Positions 27,019 to 41,214 of a DNA stretch of 64,000 nt are shown in pieces. A model generated the notes under the pieces. It had not been told where the DNA came from, did not search any database, and was given only the letters and a program-made list of their open reading frames with translations. This DNA is from the human T2T-CHM13v2.0 reference genome, Homo sapiens: the NCBI RefSeq assembly GCF_009914755.1, contig NC_060927.1. The stretch is one strand, 5' to 3'. Position numbers and translations under genes: made by a program. Position 1 is the stretch's first letter. Every line of letters starts with the position of its first letter.

Positions 27019-29599
27019 CTTTAAAATAAACCGTAGAAAACAGATTATATTGGTCATTTTCATATTAAATTTTCTGTGTCAAGAGAATAAAAGGAATTTG
27101 GTAACATTAAGAAAAAAGCATACACTCTCTAGTTATACCCATACATAATTATTTTTTCTTTTCTACAGAGAATACGTGAGACTGTCATAAACCCTGGGTA
27201 TTTTGAATCAAACCATGGGTCTTTTACTGTTATGTGACCTTTGGCAATTCTGGGCTTGAACTTTCCTACTGGTAAAATATGAATAATGAAACTTGTGCTC
27301 TCTACCTCCTGGAATAGTTTTGAACATCAAATGACATAACATATGTGCAAAGCTTTGTAAACTCTAACCACCGTGTGTGTTTAGTGTATACAGAACACAT
27401 TCATGCATTTGTGCAATAACATATACAGCAGCTATTTATATAAAAAACAATCTAATACAACTCTGAGGCAATTCCCACTAAAGTAAATAATTATAACACA
27501 AGGAAAGGTATTGAGAACTGTCCTTGGCCTCAATAGCTGAATGTAATTTTAAATATCACAGGGAAAAGGAAAGTATCATACATTATGTAACCATTCTTGA
27601 CTACAGAAAAGAATTTCTATTGTTTAAAAATTGTTCAGTATAACAACCAGCACTGAACCTGAATCAATGGGCAGTAATAATCCAACACACACATAAATGG
27701 CGTTTGTTATATATGATTCCTTCTGTGCCTCCTATTTGTACTCTTACCTGTAAAAAGCAATTTATACAAGTATCTTTTTTAAAGTATGCACTGCATGTAA
27801 CTCTTGTTCTTTCAAGCAAACATACACAGGCATACACACAGAAATCCACACCTACATCACACAAAAAGATTTAGAAAGAGCGCAGAAAAACATTCTATGG
27901 AATTAATGTCCCTGTGTTAAGGACTCAGATATATTCTTAACTGCAAAGCATAATTAGATCTTATGCCATTAGTTAAAAGAGAGAATGCATATTCTTAGCA
28001 ATTATACTCCTATTACAATTTCCATCACTTTAAAATGTGAAATTTTTAAAAATGCTATTAAAATAAAATCATCAGGAGATGAGACACATTTAAAATTAGA
28101 AGACACTTTTATAAAAGCAAACTTTCTGAAGTTGAAATAAATTTTAATACTTTAAATCAATTTTTCCAAGAATGCTAGAGTCTCTCTTAACTGACAAAAT
28201 TCAACATGCTTTTCTTGTTTCTCCATCTCACTGTGACCTTGTATAAGGCATTAAGCACTAAATGGAAAACTCTTCTCTTTACTTGACATGTGGTATTGCT
28301 TAAGGATAAAGCAAACAACATGAGTTGCCCTTTACTCTCATTTGGACGAAAGCCTTTTTATGAATTAAGGTACCATTACAATGGAAGTACATAGCAGTAA
28401 TTTTTTTGAACTGTCTAGGTATGTGGCTTTATATTTTTCCCAATTTCAAAGAATTTGAAAATTAATATTAACCCTTTAATTGTGCATTTATATTTTATAC
28501 ATGCATATTTTAATAAAATTTACATATCACAAAGCCCTAAAAGTATCTCATTATTTACTTTCCTTGTAAAATAGTACCAGTAGCACTAACTGTGCATTTT
28601 AACACCCAAAGTATACATTCCATTGTTTTTTTAACACTAATGTTTTCAACTTTACTAATACCTGTGGAATTGTTTGGAAGTAGAAATACGTAAGAGCACA
28701 ACATACTTTGCATATGTCACTTACATTACTAGCACAAATAAGAACAAAACATCTCTTAAACATGAAGTGTAATTCTAAAATGCTTCTCTCTTGTCCAGTT
28801 CTGAGCATATCAAAGTAGTTACAGCTGGAAGTGTTCTTGAGGACACTGTGCTCTGGAAAAGACTGTCCAGGTTAAACACCTGGTGCCACCACTCTTTAGC
28901 GATCATGAACAAGTTACTAAACTGCTGTGTCTCCATTTTCTTATCTATAAAATGGGGATGATGATGATATGCATATTTCACAAGGTCATTGTCAAGATTC
29001 AAAGCAAAAATTCCTGTTTAATATTTAAAAACCATTTCTTAGATACAGTATATATTCAACTTTTTGACAAATTGGAATCAATTATTTTATATAACTATAA
29101 AATATAAATACAAAAAAATGTTTAAAAACCAGAAAAAAGTTAGATGTGGAACAAAAATTTTAGGTGTGGAATAGATGCCTGAGCCCAATATTCTCATTTT
29201 ACTGTCAGAAAACAGACTCAGAGAGGTATAGGGACTTCTGCAAACTCACATAGCCATTTACTAGCAGGTCTGACACAGAACTTAACTGTCTTCAATTCTG
29301 GCTCAGAATTGAAATCAGGAGAACTGATTTCTAACTCACCTTTCAAAATAAGTATTAACAAAATTAAGCTCTTTTCCTTTGTTGATCATTTTAAAATTAT
29401 TCATAACCTATAGACCTGATCCATAGATTACATAATTAATGCATTTTTGCAGCCACACTAACATATATGGTTAATGGTCATTTAGCATAGATATCACATT
29501 TTTTAGAGTGACTGGGAAACACCAAGAAACATAAATGAACCAAAGTCAAGAAGCCTTTTTTTTTTTTTTGCCAAGAGAATCCTATGCCTTAAATCTTAC

Positions 29600-29612
29600 C
29601 TTTTTCAGCCAT
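29600..29612 (-). CDS. STRIT1: DWORF/STRIT1 coding exon 1 (ATG GCT GAA AAA G = MAEK plus a phase-1 base)
   Basis: Minus strand reads ...ggaataATGGCTGAAAAAG|GTAAGA with a consensus donor at 29599-29594. It joins in frame to the exon at 27018 to give the human DWORF sequence as I recall it. Confidence 0.95.
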
Positions 29613-29800
29613 TATTCCTGTTGGTGGGTGGCTAGGTCAGGCCACGCTTACCTCTTTCTTTTGTTATCCAGCGTCTCTTTGAACTTTAAATAGAGAGAAA
29701 TCTGAAGATTGCGGCAGCTGCCCGTCTCCTGGCTGCCAATTGTCTGCAGAGTGATGTAAGTCATGGGAAAGCAGAACTCCTCTGGCTCTTTATTCTATTA
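29613..29800 (-). promoter_or_regulatory. STRIT1: STRIT1 5' UTR and proximal promoter
   Basis: TATA/MEF2-like CTATTTAAAG (29693-29684, minus) about 75 nt upstream of the ATG. E-boxes CAGCTG (29715-29720) and CAATTG (29737-29742). Unique, locally GC-richer sequence. Confidence 0.55.
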
Positions 29801-32800
29801 TTATGGAGGAAACGAGGGGCTACATGACCTAAACAATTAGGTAAGCTGAATTATCCTAATGCAGATATTCGCAGGTTTTTAATTTGCACCATGCCTTTAG
29901 GTAACATGAAGAAAATGTTCTATAAAGAAGGTGTACAGAGGAAAAACAACATTCCACCTATACAAGTGCTATCAAGGAGAAGGGTGATATATTAGAAAGA
30001 AAGGATTTTGATGTTGGAGAGACTTGGGTTCAAATTCCAGCTCTTTCTGTAATGAAAGCCAAGTTGCTTAACCTGGGAATCAGCTTCTTTAGTTTTAAAA
30101 TGAGGATAATAATACCTACTCATGGGAGTCGCATAAAGATGAAATGAAAGTCTGTATGAAATGTAGACAGTTCTTTATTACTTTACAGGTGGAAAACATA
30201 AAATGAAATGGTGCCCCTTTCTTTGAACTATTCTAAAACAAAAAGTGTTAATATAAATGTACTAGAAACTAAAACAATACAGACGTCGCCTAGAATTTTT
30301 AGGAAGCAGTCATAAGCTTGTTGTTTTTATTAGCAATGTATAAAAATAGGACATTTCATTTTTCAAAGTCCAAACTGGTTTATGTAACTGACCTAGACTA
30401 TTCTCTATATTCTCATTGGAATAACTTTAAATTGGGGATCTGGCTGGAAAAGTTTTGCAGAGTGACCCTGTGAGCATCTTCCCAAAAAAAATTTGACATA
30501 AGATTAAGACCTGTAAAGGCAGGTCTGGCCTGATCAAATTTATCTCCACAGAGTTCCAAGAGTGATATTGCCTTGCAAATGACCATGTTCCATCACTGCT
30601 CAAAAATCCACCAATAGTTCTTCATCTCCTAGACAATAAAAATCCCAACTCTTTGTTTAGACACCTAAAAACCCTTATTTCTCTACTCTTCCATTTGCAG
30701 TGATAACTTCAGTGACACTGAACTCCTTGCTATTATATGAATTCAGAATCCTCCCACTCTCACAGGCAAGAAGAACATTTGACTTTCTACCTCAAATAAT
30801 GTACCTATAGATTAGAGTGTGCAGCCAAGAATCTGGCACATTTATATCATTTATGTCAAGTTGTCATCTCTCTCCTCAGTCTCTCTCTCAATATATTATT
30901 TAATATTGAAAAAATGTCTGGCTATGTCAGGTAAGCAGAAAAACTACGTATTGTTTATGCAACAAAATCCCTTGCTTACCTGGCAAAGTTGGGTATTTTT
31001 TTCAATATTAAATAATAATACGTTAAACAAAGGTTAACTGAGGCCAAAAGAGAGAGAAGAAATAAAAATGTTATTGATCTCATTTAAATATAAAAAATGT
31101 TAATTCAGTAAGTTCAAATGAACACTAATTATCTTAAGGAAAAAAATGATATTTAAAACAAACAGTGTGGTACCCACAAAGAGCACAAACATACATAATA
31201 AAATAAAATAATTTGCCTGAAACATATGAAAAGGTTTCTACATTTTAAATACTCATTTCCATTTCAATTATATTAAGCTTTCTTCTTGACATGAAATTGA
31301 CTATTATTAACATTATTGCTGTCAATTTGGAGTTTGAGGAGGGATTAGTTTATAATTCATCATTTATTTTCCTTACTTTTCTATGGAAAGAAGAAGAGAA
31401 AAAACTAACTTAATCAACATGAATTTCTCAGACTTCAGAAAAGAATTCAACCTAGAATCTCATTTCCTTGGTTATATCATCAGTAAATTTTTTAAAAAAT
31501 ATAAGTTTTATAATATTTAATCAGGAAAGGATGTTTTATTCATTAATAGACTGGTTTCACTTTGAGCTTATAAACCCAAGGGCCTATATTTGACCGTTTT
31601 CTAATCTTTCTCTTAGGACATACTAATTAGGAACATTTTCTACTTTTTTACTTTACATACTGTCTTAAACATTTAGCTCTCAAATCCCTTATTCTCAAGG
31701 TGACATTAGATTCTTCAGAGATATGTGAGCCGAAAAATTTAAATATTTGGTTTTTCTTTAAAATATTTAAGAATTCTTCACTTTTCAAATATTTTTCACT
31801 ACTAATGTCTGGAATTATAGTACATAGACCTGACCATGGTGGATGCTCATGGATCTTTGCTTCATGGCTGGCTGACTGGGTAGGTGGATGTAATAAGTGC
31901 AGTATAAGGTAGCTTAGTTTGCACTCTAAACAAAGGTTTACTTATGGCAATACCTAAAAGAGTAATAAGAAATAAAATGATCTTAACTATACTCTAGCCT
32001 TATAATATATGCATATATAGATAATACAGTGTATTTAATTACCAGTAACATTAGAATAATCTATAAATAAGAATATAAACAAATAAAAGAAAGTGACATC
32101 TGCAAAAATAGAGGAGTGGGGGACTCCAAAATATCTTTCCTTCATAAGAGCACCAAGAAAGCCATCTAAAATTTTTGAATCAATTTTTAAGAATTGTAGA
32201 AATTAACCAAGGACTTACAGCAACTGGGGGAGCTGGAATCTAGGTAAGAACAGCAAGAGTTTTGTGATGTTTTAATTTGGCCTATTCTCATCTCCCCCAT
32301 CTCCAGCTTTGTAGCAGCCTTAAACAATATCCCAAAATCTCAGTGAAAACTAGCAGACTAGCAGCCACCAGAGGAGACAGAGCAGAACAGAACTCTTTCA
32401 AAGTCTCAGTTTCAGAGAACAGTAATTATTTAAACTGTCTGGTGGTTCTCCCAAAGACCTCACCTGCAAGGCTGTCTTTATTTGATAAGACTCAGAACTT
32501 CCACTGTGTGAAAAGTACCCACTCCCAGGGCATTTGTTGAAAACAATTAGAGGCAATTGTTTAACATCACAGCTGCCTAGGTAACAGAGTGAACAATAGG
32601 CTAACTAAAAAGCTTAAAAGGAGAATCTAGGGAATGAGATGTCAATAGGGGTTTGAAAAGTTTCACATATCCTTAAGAATCTAGAAGGCTACATGCATAT
32701 GTTCAGCTATGGGCATGACCTCATGGCTGTGGGTATGCTTAGGAAAGACCTGAAAAGGCCCTAAGCTTTCACCTCTGGCTAACCTTGAGGCTCAAAATGG

Positions 32801-33731
32801 AAAGCAAATGGTAAGGCAGTTGTCAACTGCCTGGCTGAGTGTTAAAGGCATACCTCAACACATACACAGAGCCCATCATTAAAGTCTGGAAGGCATACTA
32901 GTTATAGGCATTTAAAGAAATCATTGTCCAATCATTAGTTGATAACTAATCTAATTGAGCAAAAATTTTAGTGGTCACATACAACAAAGAATGCAAATTG
33001 TACACAATCAGTTCAGAATAATAACAACAACAAACAGCAATGACAACAAACTCTTGGGAGGAGGTAGAATCTGATTTAAGAGTTGACATTATTTAAAACT
33101 ACTAACTTTCAACAAAAAAAAGTTATGAGATATGCAAAGGAACAAAAATGTATGCCCATACAAAGGGATAAAAAAACTATCAAAAATAACTATTTCTGAG
33201 AAGGTCTATAAATTAGACTGACTAACAAAGACTTTATGTCAGCTATTTTAAGTATTTTCAAATAACTAAAAAAAGCAAAAGAATGCCATCTCAGCAAAGA
33301 CAATATCAGTAGCCAGATAAATACTATTTTTAAAAGAGCAAACAAATTCTGAAGTTGAAAGGTGCAATGACTGAAATGAAAATTTTACTAGAGGCTCAAC
33401 AGCAGATTGAGCAGGCAGATGAAAGAATCAGTTAATTTGAAGGCAGTTTGATTGAGATTATCCTGTACAAGAAACAAGAAGAAAAAATAATAATGAATAT
33501 GGCCTTAGAGATCTGTGGGACACCATCAAGCATATCAACATATGCATAATTAGAGTCCTAAAAGAAGAAGAGAAAGGGCAGAAAAAATATTTGAATAAAT
33601 CATGGCCAAAAGCTTCCCAAATTTGTGAAAAATGTTAACGTACATATTCAAGAAGCTCAATTAATTCTAGGTAGAATAAACCCAAAGAGACCAATACCTA
33701 GACACAAAATAACGGTCAAGAACCAAAGACA

Positions 33732-34085
<354 letters not shown>

Positions 34086-35079
34086 AAACAAACACAAAGA
34101 GAAAATCTTGAAAGCATCAAAAGAGAAATAACTAACTCACTATATGCAAGGGATACTCAATAAGATTAACAGCTGATTTCTCAATAAAAGACATGAAGCT
34201 CAGAAGGCAGTGTTATGACATTCAAAGAAAAAATATTGTTAGCCAAAAATTCTATAACAAGCAAGACAATCTTCAAAAAGTAAATAAAAAAATTATGACA
34301 TTCTCAGTTAAGCAAAAACTGAGATAATTTGTTGCTAGCAAAGCTACCCTGCAATAAATACTAAAAGGAGTCCCTTCAGAATTAAATAAGAGGACACTAG
34401 ACAGTAACTAAAATCCACATGAAAAAATAAAGAATATCTCTACAGGTAACTACATAGAAAAATATGATAAATGTATTTTTTGTTTGTAACTCTTTTTTCC
34501 TCCTAATTTAAAAGACAACTGCAATAATTATAAATCTGTATTGGTGACACTCAATATATAATAATGTAATTTAAATTAAAATGACAACACAAAAAAGGGA
34601 ATGGAGCTCTATAAAAGCAAAGATGTTGTGAACTACTAAAACTAAGTTGGTATTAATCAAAACCAGATGGTTATAAATTAAAATAATCACTGTAATCCCT
34701 AGGGCAACCACCAAGAAAATAACTCCAAAAAAAAGACAGCAGAAGAAATTACAAAATAATTAAAATGATATACTAGAAAATATCAATTAACACAAAACAA
34801 GACAGTAATGAAGAAATAAAGAAACAAAAAGATGGCATACATAAAACAAATAGTAATTGTAAATCCTACTTTACAAATAGTTACATTTAAATGGATTAAC
34901 CACTCCAAATACAAGATAAGAATGGCAGAATGGATTTTTAAAAGTAATTCAACTATAAGCTATCTGTAAGAGACAGTTTAGATTCAAAGACACAAATAGG
35001 TTGAGAGCAAAAAGATGTAAAAATACATGTCATGCAAATTATAATCAAAAGAGACATGGAGTAACTGTATTAATATTAG

Positions 35080-35390
<311 letters not shown>

Positions 35391-35934
35391 TAGATGGAAT
35401 AGATTTTAAGAAAAAAATGTACTGGCAACAAAGAAATATATTTTCTAATGATAAAATAATCAATTATAAACATATACGTACCTAAAAACAGAGCCCCAAA
35501 ATACATGAAGACTGACAAAATTGAAGCAAATAGGCAATTCAACAATAATGGTTGAATGAATATACTGCTTATAATAATGGACAGAAAAACTAGACAGACT
35601 ATCAGCAATAGGGAACTTGAACAACACTATAAGCCAACTGGACCTAATATGCATTTATTGAATACAATAATAAACAGTAACACAATACACATTATTTAGA
35701 AGAAAATTTGGCAAATTCACAATTATATGAAATTAAACAACATTCTCATCAAAAAGGGGAACAAGGGATGAGCCAGAACAAGGTTTGTGTTTATGATGGA
35801 TCTAACTAGTGTAGTTTTGACAGGTTGGATGAAACTTTTCCATATTATCAACTTTTGTTGACTAAGTTGTGTGAAGGAATTTGTGTTCAAAGTCCCATAG
35901 GATTCAGCAAATTGCAGTAGAATGTATTGAGAAA

Positions 35935-36292
35935 TGTAGTAGTCCATTCTCATATTGCTATAAAAAGCTACCTGAGACTGGGTAATTTATGAAGAAAAGA
36001 GGTTTATTCAACTCACAGTTCTGCAGGCTGTATTGGAATCATAGCTGAGTAGGCCTCAGGAAACTTACAATCATGATGGAAGGTGAAGGGGAAGCAGACA
36101 CATCTTCACATGTTGGAGCAAGAAAGAGGGAGCAAAGGGAGAAGTGCTATACACTTTTAAATAACTCACAAGAACAGCAACGGGGAAGTCTAGTCCCATG
36201 ATCCAGTCACCTCTCACCAAGCCCCTCCTCCAACACTGAGGATTACAATTCAACGTGAGATTTGGATAGGGACACAGAGCCAAGTCATACCA
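35935..36292 (-). mobile_element. MaLR solo LTR (MSTA-like)
   Basis: tgtagtagtccattctc...acctgagactgggtaatttatgaagaaaagagg...gacacagagccaagtcatacca. Confidence 0.88.
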
Positions 36293-36376
36293 AGCAAGGT
36301 TTATTTGGTCTGAGATGTCCAAATATAAAATGTATTGGGATTAATGAATAAGAGACAACAAAATATCACAGACTAT

Positions 36377-36645
36377 GGCCAGACACAGTGTCTCATACCT
36401 GTAATCCCAGAATTTTGGGAGCCTGAGGTGGGTGGATCACTTAAGCTGAGGAGTTTGAGACCAGCCTGGGCAACATGGCAAAACCCCATCTCTGCAAAAA
36501 ATTTAAAAATTAACTGGGCTTGGTGGTGTGCACACCTATAGTCCCAGCCACGGGGAGGCTAAGGTGGCGGGATCACCTGTGATCAGGGGGTCGACCAGCC
36601 TGGGCAACAGAGTGAAACCCTGTCTCAAAAAAAAGAAAAAAAAAA
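36377..36645 (+). mobile_element. AluJ-like element with an internal deletion in the right arm
   Basis: Alu sequence, polyA and TSD tcacagacta. Confidence 0.9.
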
Positions 36646-37174
36646 GGAAGTCACAGACTACCTGATCTTCCTCCCTGGAGACTCCTCTTTGCATTTCAGA
36701 GCAAAAAAGTGTGGCTCAAAACAAAAGGCAGCACTATATTGTGGCAGGAACAGGGACTTAGGATCAAGTTTGAATGTCAGGTCTGATAATAGCTGTATGA
36801 ACTTAAGTGGTCACACAAGCTGAGTCTATTTCTTCATTTGGAAAATGATAAGCATAGCATACAGAATTAGAGATAAACATATACAAAATTCTCAGCACCA
36901 GCCTAACACGAAGTAGGTTCCCAATGCATGGTAGTTGTTATCATTAAGCCATGATAAACAGGGATAAAGAGGAAGGAGAAGCAACATCTACAAAGAACCA
37001 GATATCCCCCTCTGCATGCTTCCAAGATCATTTTGAGGGTCATCTAAGAGGGACCATATCTACTGATCATCAGGCCAGGACATAAGGGGGGATGTGGGAG
37101 TCCATTTTTCAACTCCCTGCTCATTCCTGAATCTGTTATTGAGCAATTAATGCTGTGTTCAGTTATATAGATTG

Positions 37175-37350
37175 AAAATTGGAGAGGGTGGTGGAAGGAG
37201 GGAGAGCATTAGGAAAAATAGCTAATGGATGCTGGGCTTAATACCTAGGTGACGGGATGGTTTGTGCACAAATCAACATGTAACAAACCTGCACATCCTG
37301 CACATGTACCCCTGAACTTAAAATAAAAATAAAAGTTGAAGAAAAAAAAA
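37175..37350 (+). mobile_element. Short L1PA 3' end
   Basis: gcattaggaaaaatagctaat...cctgcacatgtacccctgaacttaaaataaaa. Confidence 0.85.
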
Positions 37351-37796
37351 CAAAATGATGTTGCTAAAAATTTAAATTTGCATGATCTAATACCTGTATG
37401 TGAATTTGCAAAAATGTGAGCCAGAAAAAAACTTACGATAATCATGATATCATATTATTAAGTATTATATATTGTACTACATAAAATTATGACACCAAAA
37501 ATATTATTTTTACAATTTGTAAGTTTATGTTACTAATTTATCTTGTCTATACCTATTACATTTTGAAATTCACTGAATATTTTTAAAGGAAAAAGCTTTA
37601 TATTTTAGTATATTTAATGTACTTTTTGTTTTTTTTTAACAAAGAGCCCCATATTTTTCTTTTGCACTGAGCCCTGCAAATTTTGTACCAAATCCTGATT
37701 CCTTCCATAAGGGAAGGAGAGAGCAGGGTGGTAAGAAGTCTGGGCCATCCACATCCCTTTCTCCCTCAATTCCTTTAACCATAGCATCTCTCTGTC

Positions 37797-37939
37797 AAAT
37801 GTAACCCCTGAATGTGCCATGCCATGTATCATATATAACTCTTGAATGCATTATGCCATCATGTATGATATATAACCCCTGAACACACCATGCCATGTAT
37901 GATATATAACCTCTGAACACACTAAGTCATGTATGATAT
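37797..37939 (+). repeat. Tandem array, four copies of a ~34-bp unit (ATATATAACCCCTGAACACACCATGCCATGTATG)
   Basis: The TAAC core recurs at 37802, 37836, 37873 and 37907. Confidence 0.85.
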
Positions 37940-38121
37940 GGCATCATATTTTGGGGTCATGGTGCTAAAAAGTTTAGAAACCTCCCATCTAGTCCAATCA
38001 CACACATAGGAGGGAACAAACTAATGCATAGGAAGGTGAGGTGATTTTTCTAACGTCAGAATTTGTCTGAAAACAACCTCCCACCACCATGCTGCTTTCT
38101 TGGTATCCATGACTTCAACCT

Positions 38122-38218
38122 GGTGATATGATATGTTCAGGAGTTGAATCTAACACATAGCATGGTGTGTTTGGGGTTATATATGATACACGACATGAGG
38201 TGTTCAGGGATTATATAC
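38122..38218 (-). repeat. Inverted array, about three copies of the same ~34-bp unit
   Basis: catggtgtgtttggggttatatatgatacacgacatgaggtgttcagggattatata is the reverse complement of the 37797-37939 unit. Confidence 0.8.
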
Positions 38219-41214
38219 GAAATCCCTTTTTCTGGAACCCAGTTTGAAGATCCCTATTATTACCCTACTTTAAGCATAAAAGTTGAAAAAGTTTGGCGAG
38301 GGTATGCCCAAAAGTGAGCATTAATTTATCTATTTCTTATTCTAAAAGATATTACCTAATCTTAAAGCCATTTGCAAAGCAGGTAATAAAATATGCTTTC
38401 AACCTAAATTTTTCTATTTCCCTAATATTTTAATGTTGATAAAGACAGACATAAAAATAGAGTGTTGTCTCAGTGTCATTCTTACCATAGTGCTCATGTT
38501 CTTCGAGTCTGGTATCAGCAATCTCCTCTAAAGCAGAAACAAAAAGTGTTACTACTTCAGATAGATGTTTATTGACTGAGTTGGATGATTTCATCCTCCA
38601 GAGAATCTTTGTGCTTCAGAGAAGTCTTGGCTGTGAAAAAGAATTATTTGCAAAGACCTGATAGATTCCAACATTCTTAAAAATACAAACTAACTCATTG
38701 CTGAGTCATAACAAAGGGTTGAGTACAAGGTCTGTGGAGTCACAGAGACTGAGGTTCAAATCGCTGCTCCACTAGCTAATATTTGTGGGAACAGGTTACT
38801 GTCACAAAAAATTTCTCCAAACTTGGAAGTAAGGGAAAAAAGGTGGGAACAGAGCTTTTCAATATCATATGGGGACAAAGGTCCCCCAGGATTGTCTAGA
38901 CCTGTAATTAGTTCATCTCATTTTCACTATTGATTAAAGGTCTCGTACTTAAGGAATTTACTGATTAATTTGCAGGGTTTTGTCCAGTAGAGATGCAAAT
39001 AATTTCCAACCAATGGAACAGACAATGTAAAATATTAATGGCCTGTTAAACATTAACCAGTTTTACATCTAGCTCAGCAATTTTATCTTAACATTTCTTT
39101 GTCAAGCTGCCAATAACTGCCATCACTTCTTAAATGCTCTTTGAACTGATTATGACATCTTACTTGTTCCCTCATTAATTAATTAGTTCAATAAAATATT
39201 TGACATATGTCCCTTTTATATTTACCTGAGAGTTATTATTTTATCCTTTTGAAAATTATACCCTAACACGACTTAACTCTCTTTACCTCTGTTTCTCTAT
39301 CTGTAAAATGGAAAAGACCTACTTTTTAAGGTTTCTGTGAGAATTAAGAGACAAGATATGTAAGACACTTAGCACAGAACCTGTTCCAAGTAAATGCACA
39401 TGAGGCCTTAAGCTTTCAATGTAAATCTAAAGAGAGTATTTAAGGCATCTGAAATCGGGATTGGAGTCCAGTTTATCACTGTTCACCTTCAGCTTCTTTC
39501 CTAAACACTCACATACACTAGATTTTACAAACTTGCCTGAAACAACTTCTCCTTTTTTACAATGACATTCTTTAAAATCTTATTTGCTGATTCTTTGCTA
39601 ATTATATACCTCACACCTCATGGAAATAATGTCCAATGAGAACTACATGTAAGTGGCAGAGCTAGGTGACCTTTGTCACTGGAAGCTTTCCAGTATTTCT
39701 CAGGCAGGCATATGGTTTAAAAAGCCCACAATACTGTCAATCAAGTAAATGTAAACCAAAAGATAGAGAAGGTTTTTCTCAGAAACTATGCATCAGCATT
39801 TCCATATTCAAATGGTAAAATTATTCAAGATGTTTAAAAGGGTGACATCAAAGATGACATTTTCAACAAAAGATATGCTAAAGAAATAAATCCAGTTGTA
39901 AACACATTCTGTCAACTGTTTTCTTTAATGTGTGCCCCTCCCTGAGAGCTCTCAAAACTAGAAAGTCCTCATATATTTGAATTTCTAGTGTTTCCCTTTT
40001 GCCACCAAAATACATATACTCCTTCTCACCCCCATTCCCCAAATAAAAGCAGCCTCAAATTTACCTATCAGAGTCCAGGTATACCTTAAAGACTGAGGAA
40101 GCCTAGCTAATTCTCTCCACATGCTGACAAAGTTTCTACTGCTTGAAGCTCAGGTGAGTCCCCAGGAACCCCAGTTTTTTGAAACTGTACACGGAATAGC
40201 AGAATGACACTTCTCCCAACACCCATTCTGTGCGGTCTTTGAAAAATATAAATCCAGGGTCAAGTAACTAAAAAAACACAGAAGACAAATAGCTAAGTAA
40301 TAGCACTTTATAAACTACTCAGAACTCCTGAATAAACTGTTGTAAAATCCTAAAGTTGTTAGCTATAAAGCAGCAACTTAACAACAAAAAAAAAGTCAAA
40401 GGAACAAAAAAAGTTAACAAACAACTTAACAGAACAAACAACAACTTAACAAAAAAAAAGTCAAATCACCATGCTTGAAGAACAGAACTGCCCTTGGCCT
40501 GCACAACATGTTCTTTGTTACAAGGACTACTTTGTTCTTCCAGCTCTTTGGATGCGTGTGTAGTTCCTGGACCTGTGCTTGCCTCATAGCCAACATGGCC
40601 CCTGCTAGTAGGAAAGCAGTGGCCCAGCACAGTGCTCTCAGGGACTGGGGTTCCAGAGTTCCTCCTTAGCCTCACGAGTCAGAACATCAGGAGACACCAT
40701 AGAACCTGGAAGAGTCATTCCAGGGGCAACTCTGTCTACACCCAACCCTTCTCATCTGCATCCTGGTTCCTGAAACTGTTATAATAAGAGACAAAATCTC
40801 TCATTCTGTAGATAATGTTATAACTTACAGATCTTCAGTTTTGTCTTTATTGTATACTAAATTTCTCTACATATTAGAGTCTATTTTCCAACATTTTATT
40901 ATGAAATTTTCAAGCATACAGCAATGTTGAGATAATTTTATATAATTACATAATTTTTCATATATGCAACCCTCTAGCCATCTTATTTTCTGATTCTTTT
41001 ATTTGTTTCTAAATGAATTACAGATAGCAGCATACTTCTCTCCAAATACTTTAGTATACATATCATTAGATTAGACTCCAATAATTTTTTTCGATTTTTT
41101 TCTTTCAAGAGAAACTATATACAATGAAATGTACAAATCTTAACTGTACATTCACTGAATTTCACAAAGTGAAATTACATCTTTATAACCCAAACTCCTA
41201 TCAAGATATAAAAC

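Noticed and set aside
27664-27864. 66-aa minus-strand ORF inside STRIT1 intron 1
   Set aside because: Non-ATG start, low-complexity TG-rich sequence, and no recognisable homology.
37797-37939. CRISPR-like array (34-bp period)
   Set aside because: The units are contiguous with no unique spacers, there are no cas genes, and the DNA is primate.
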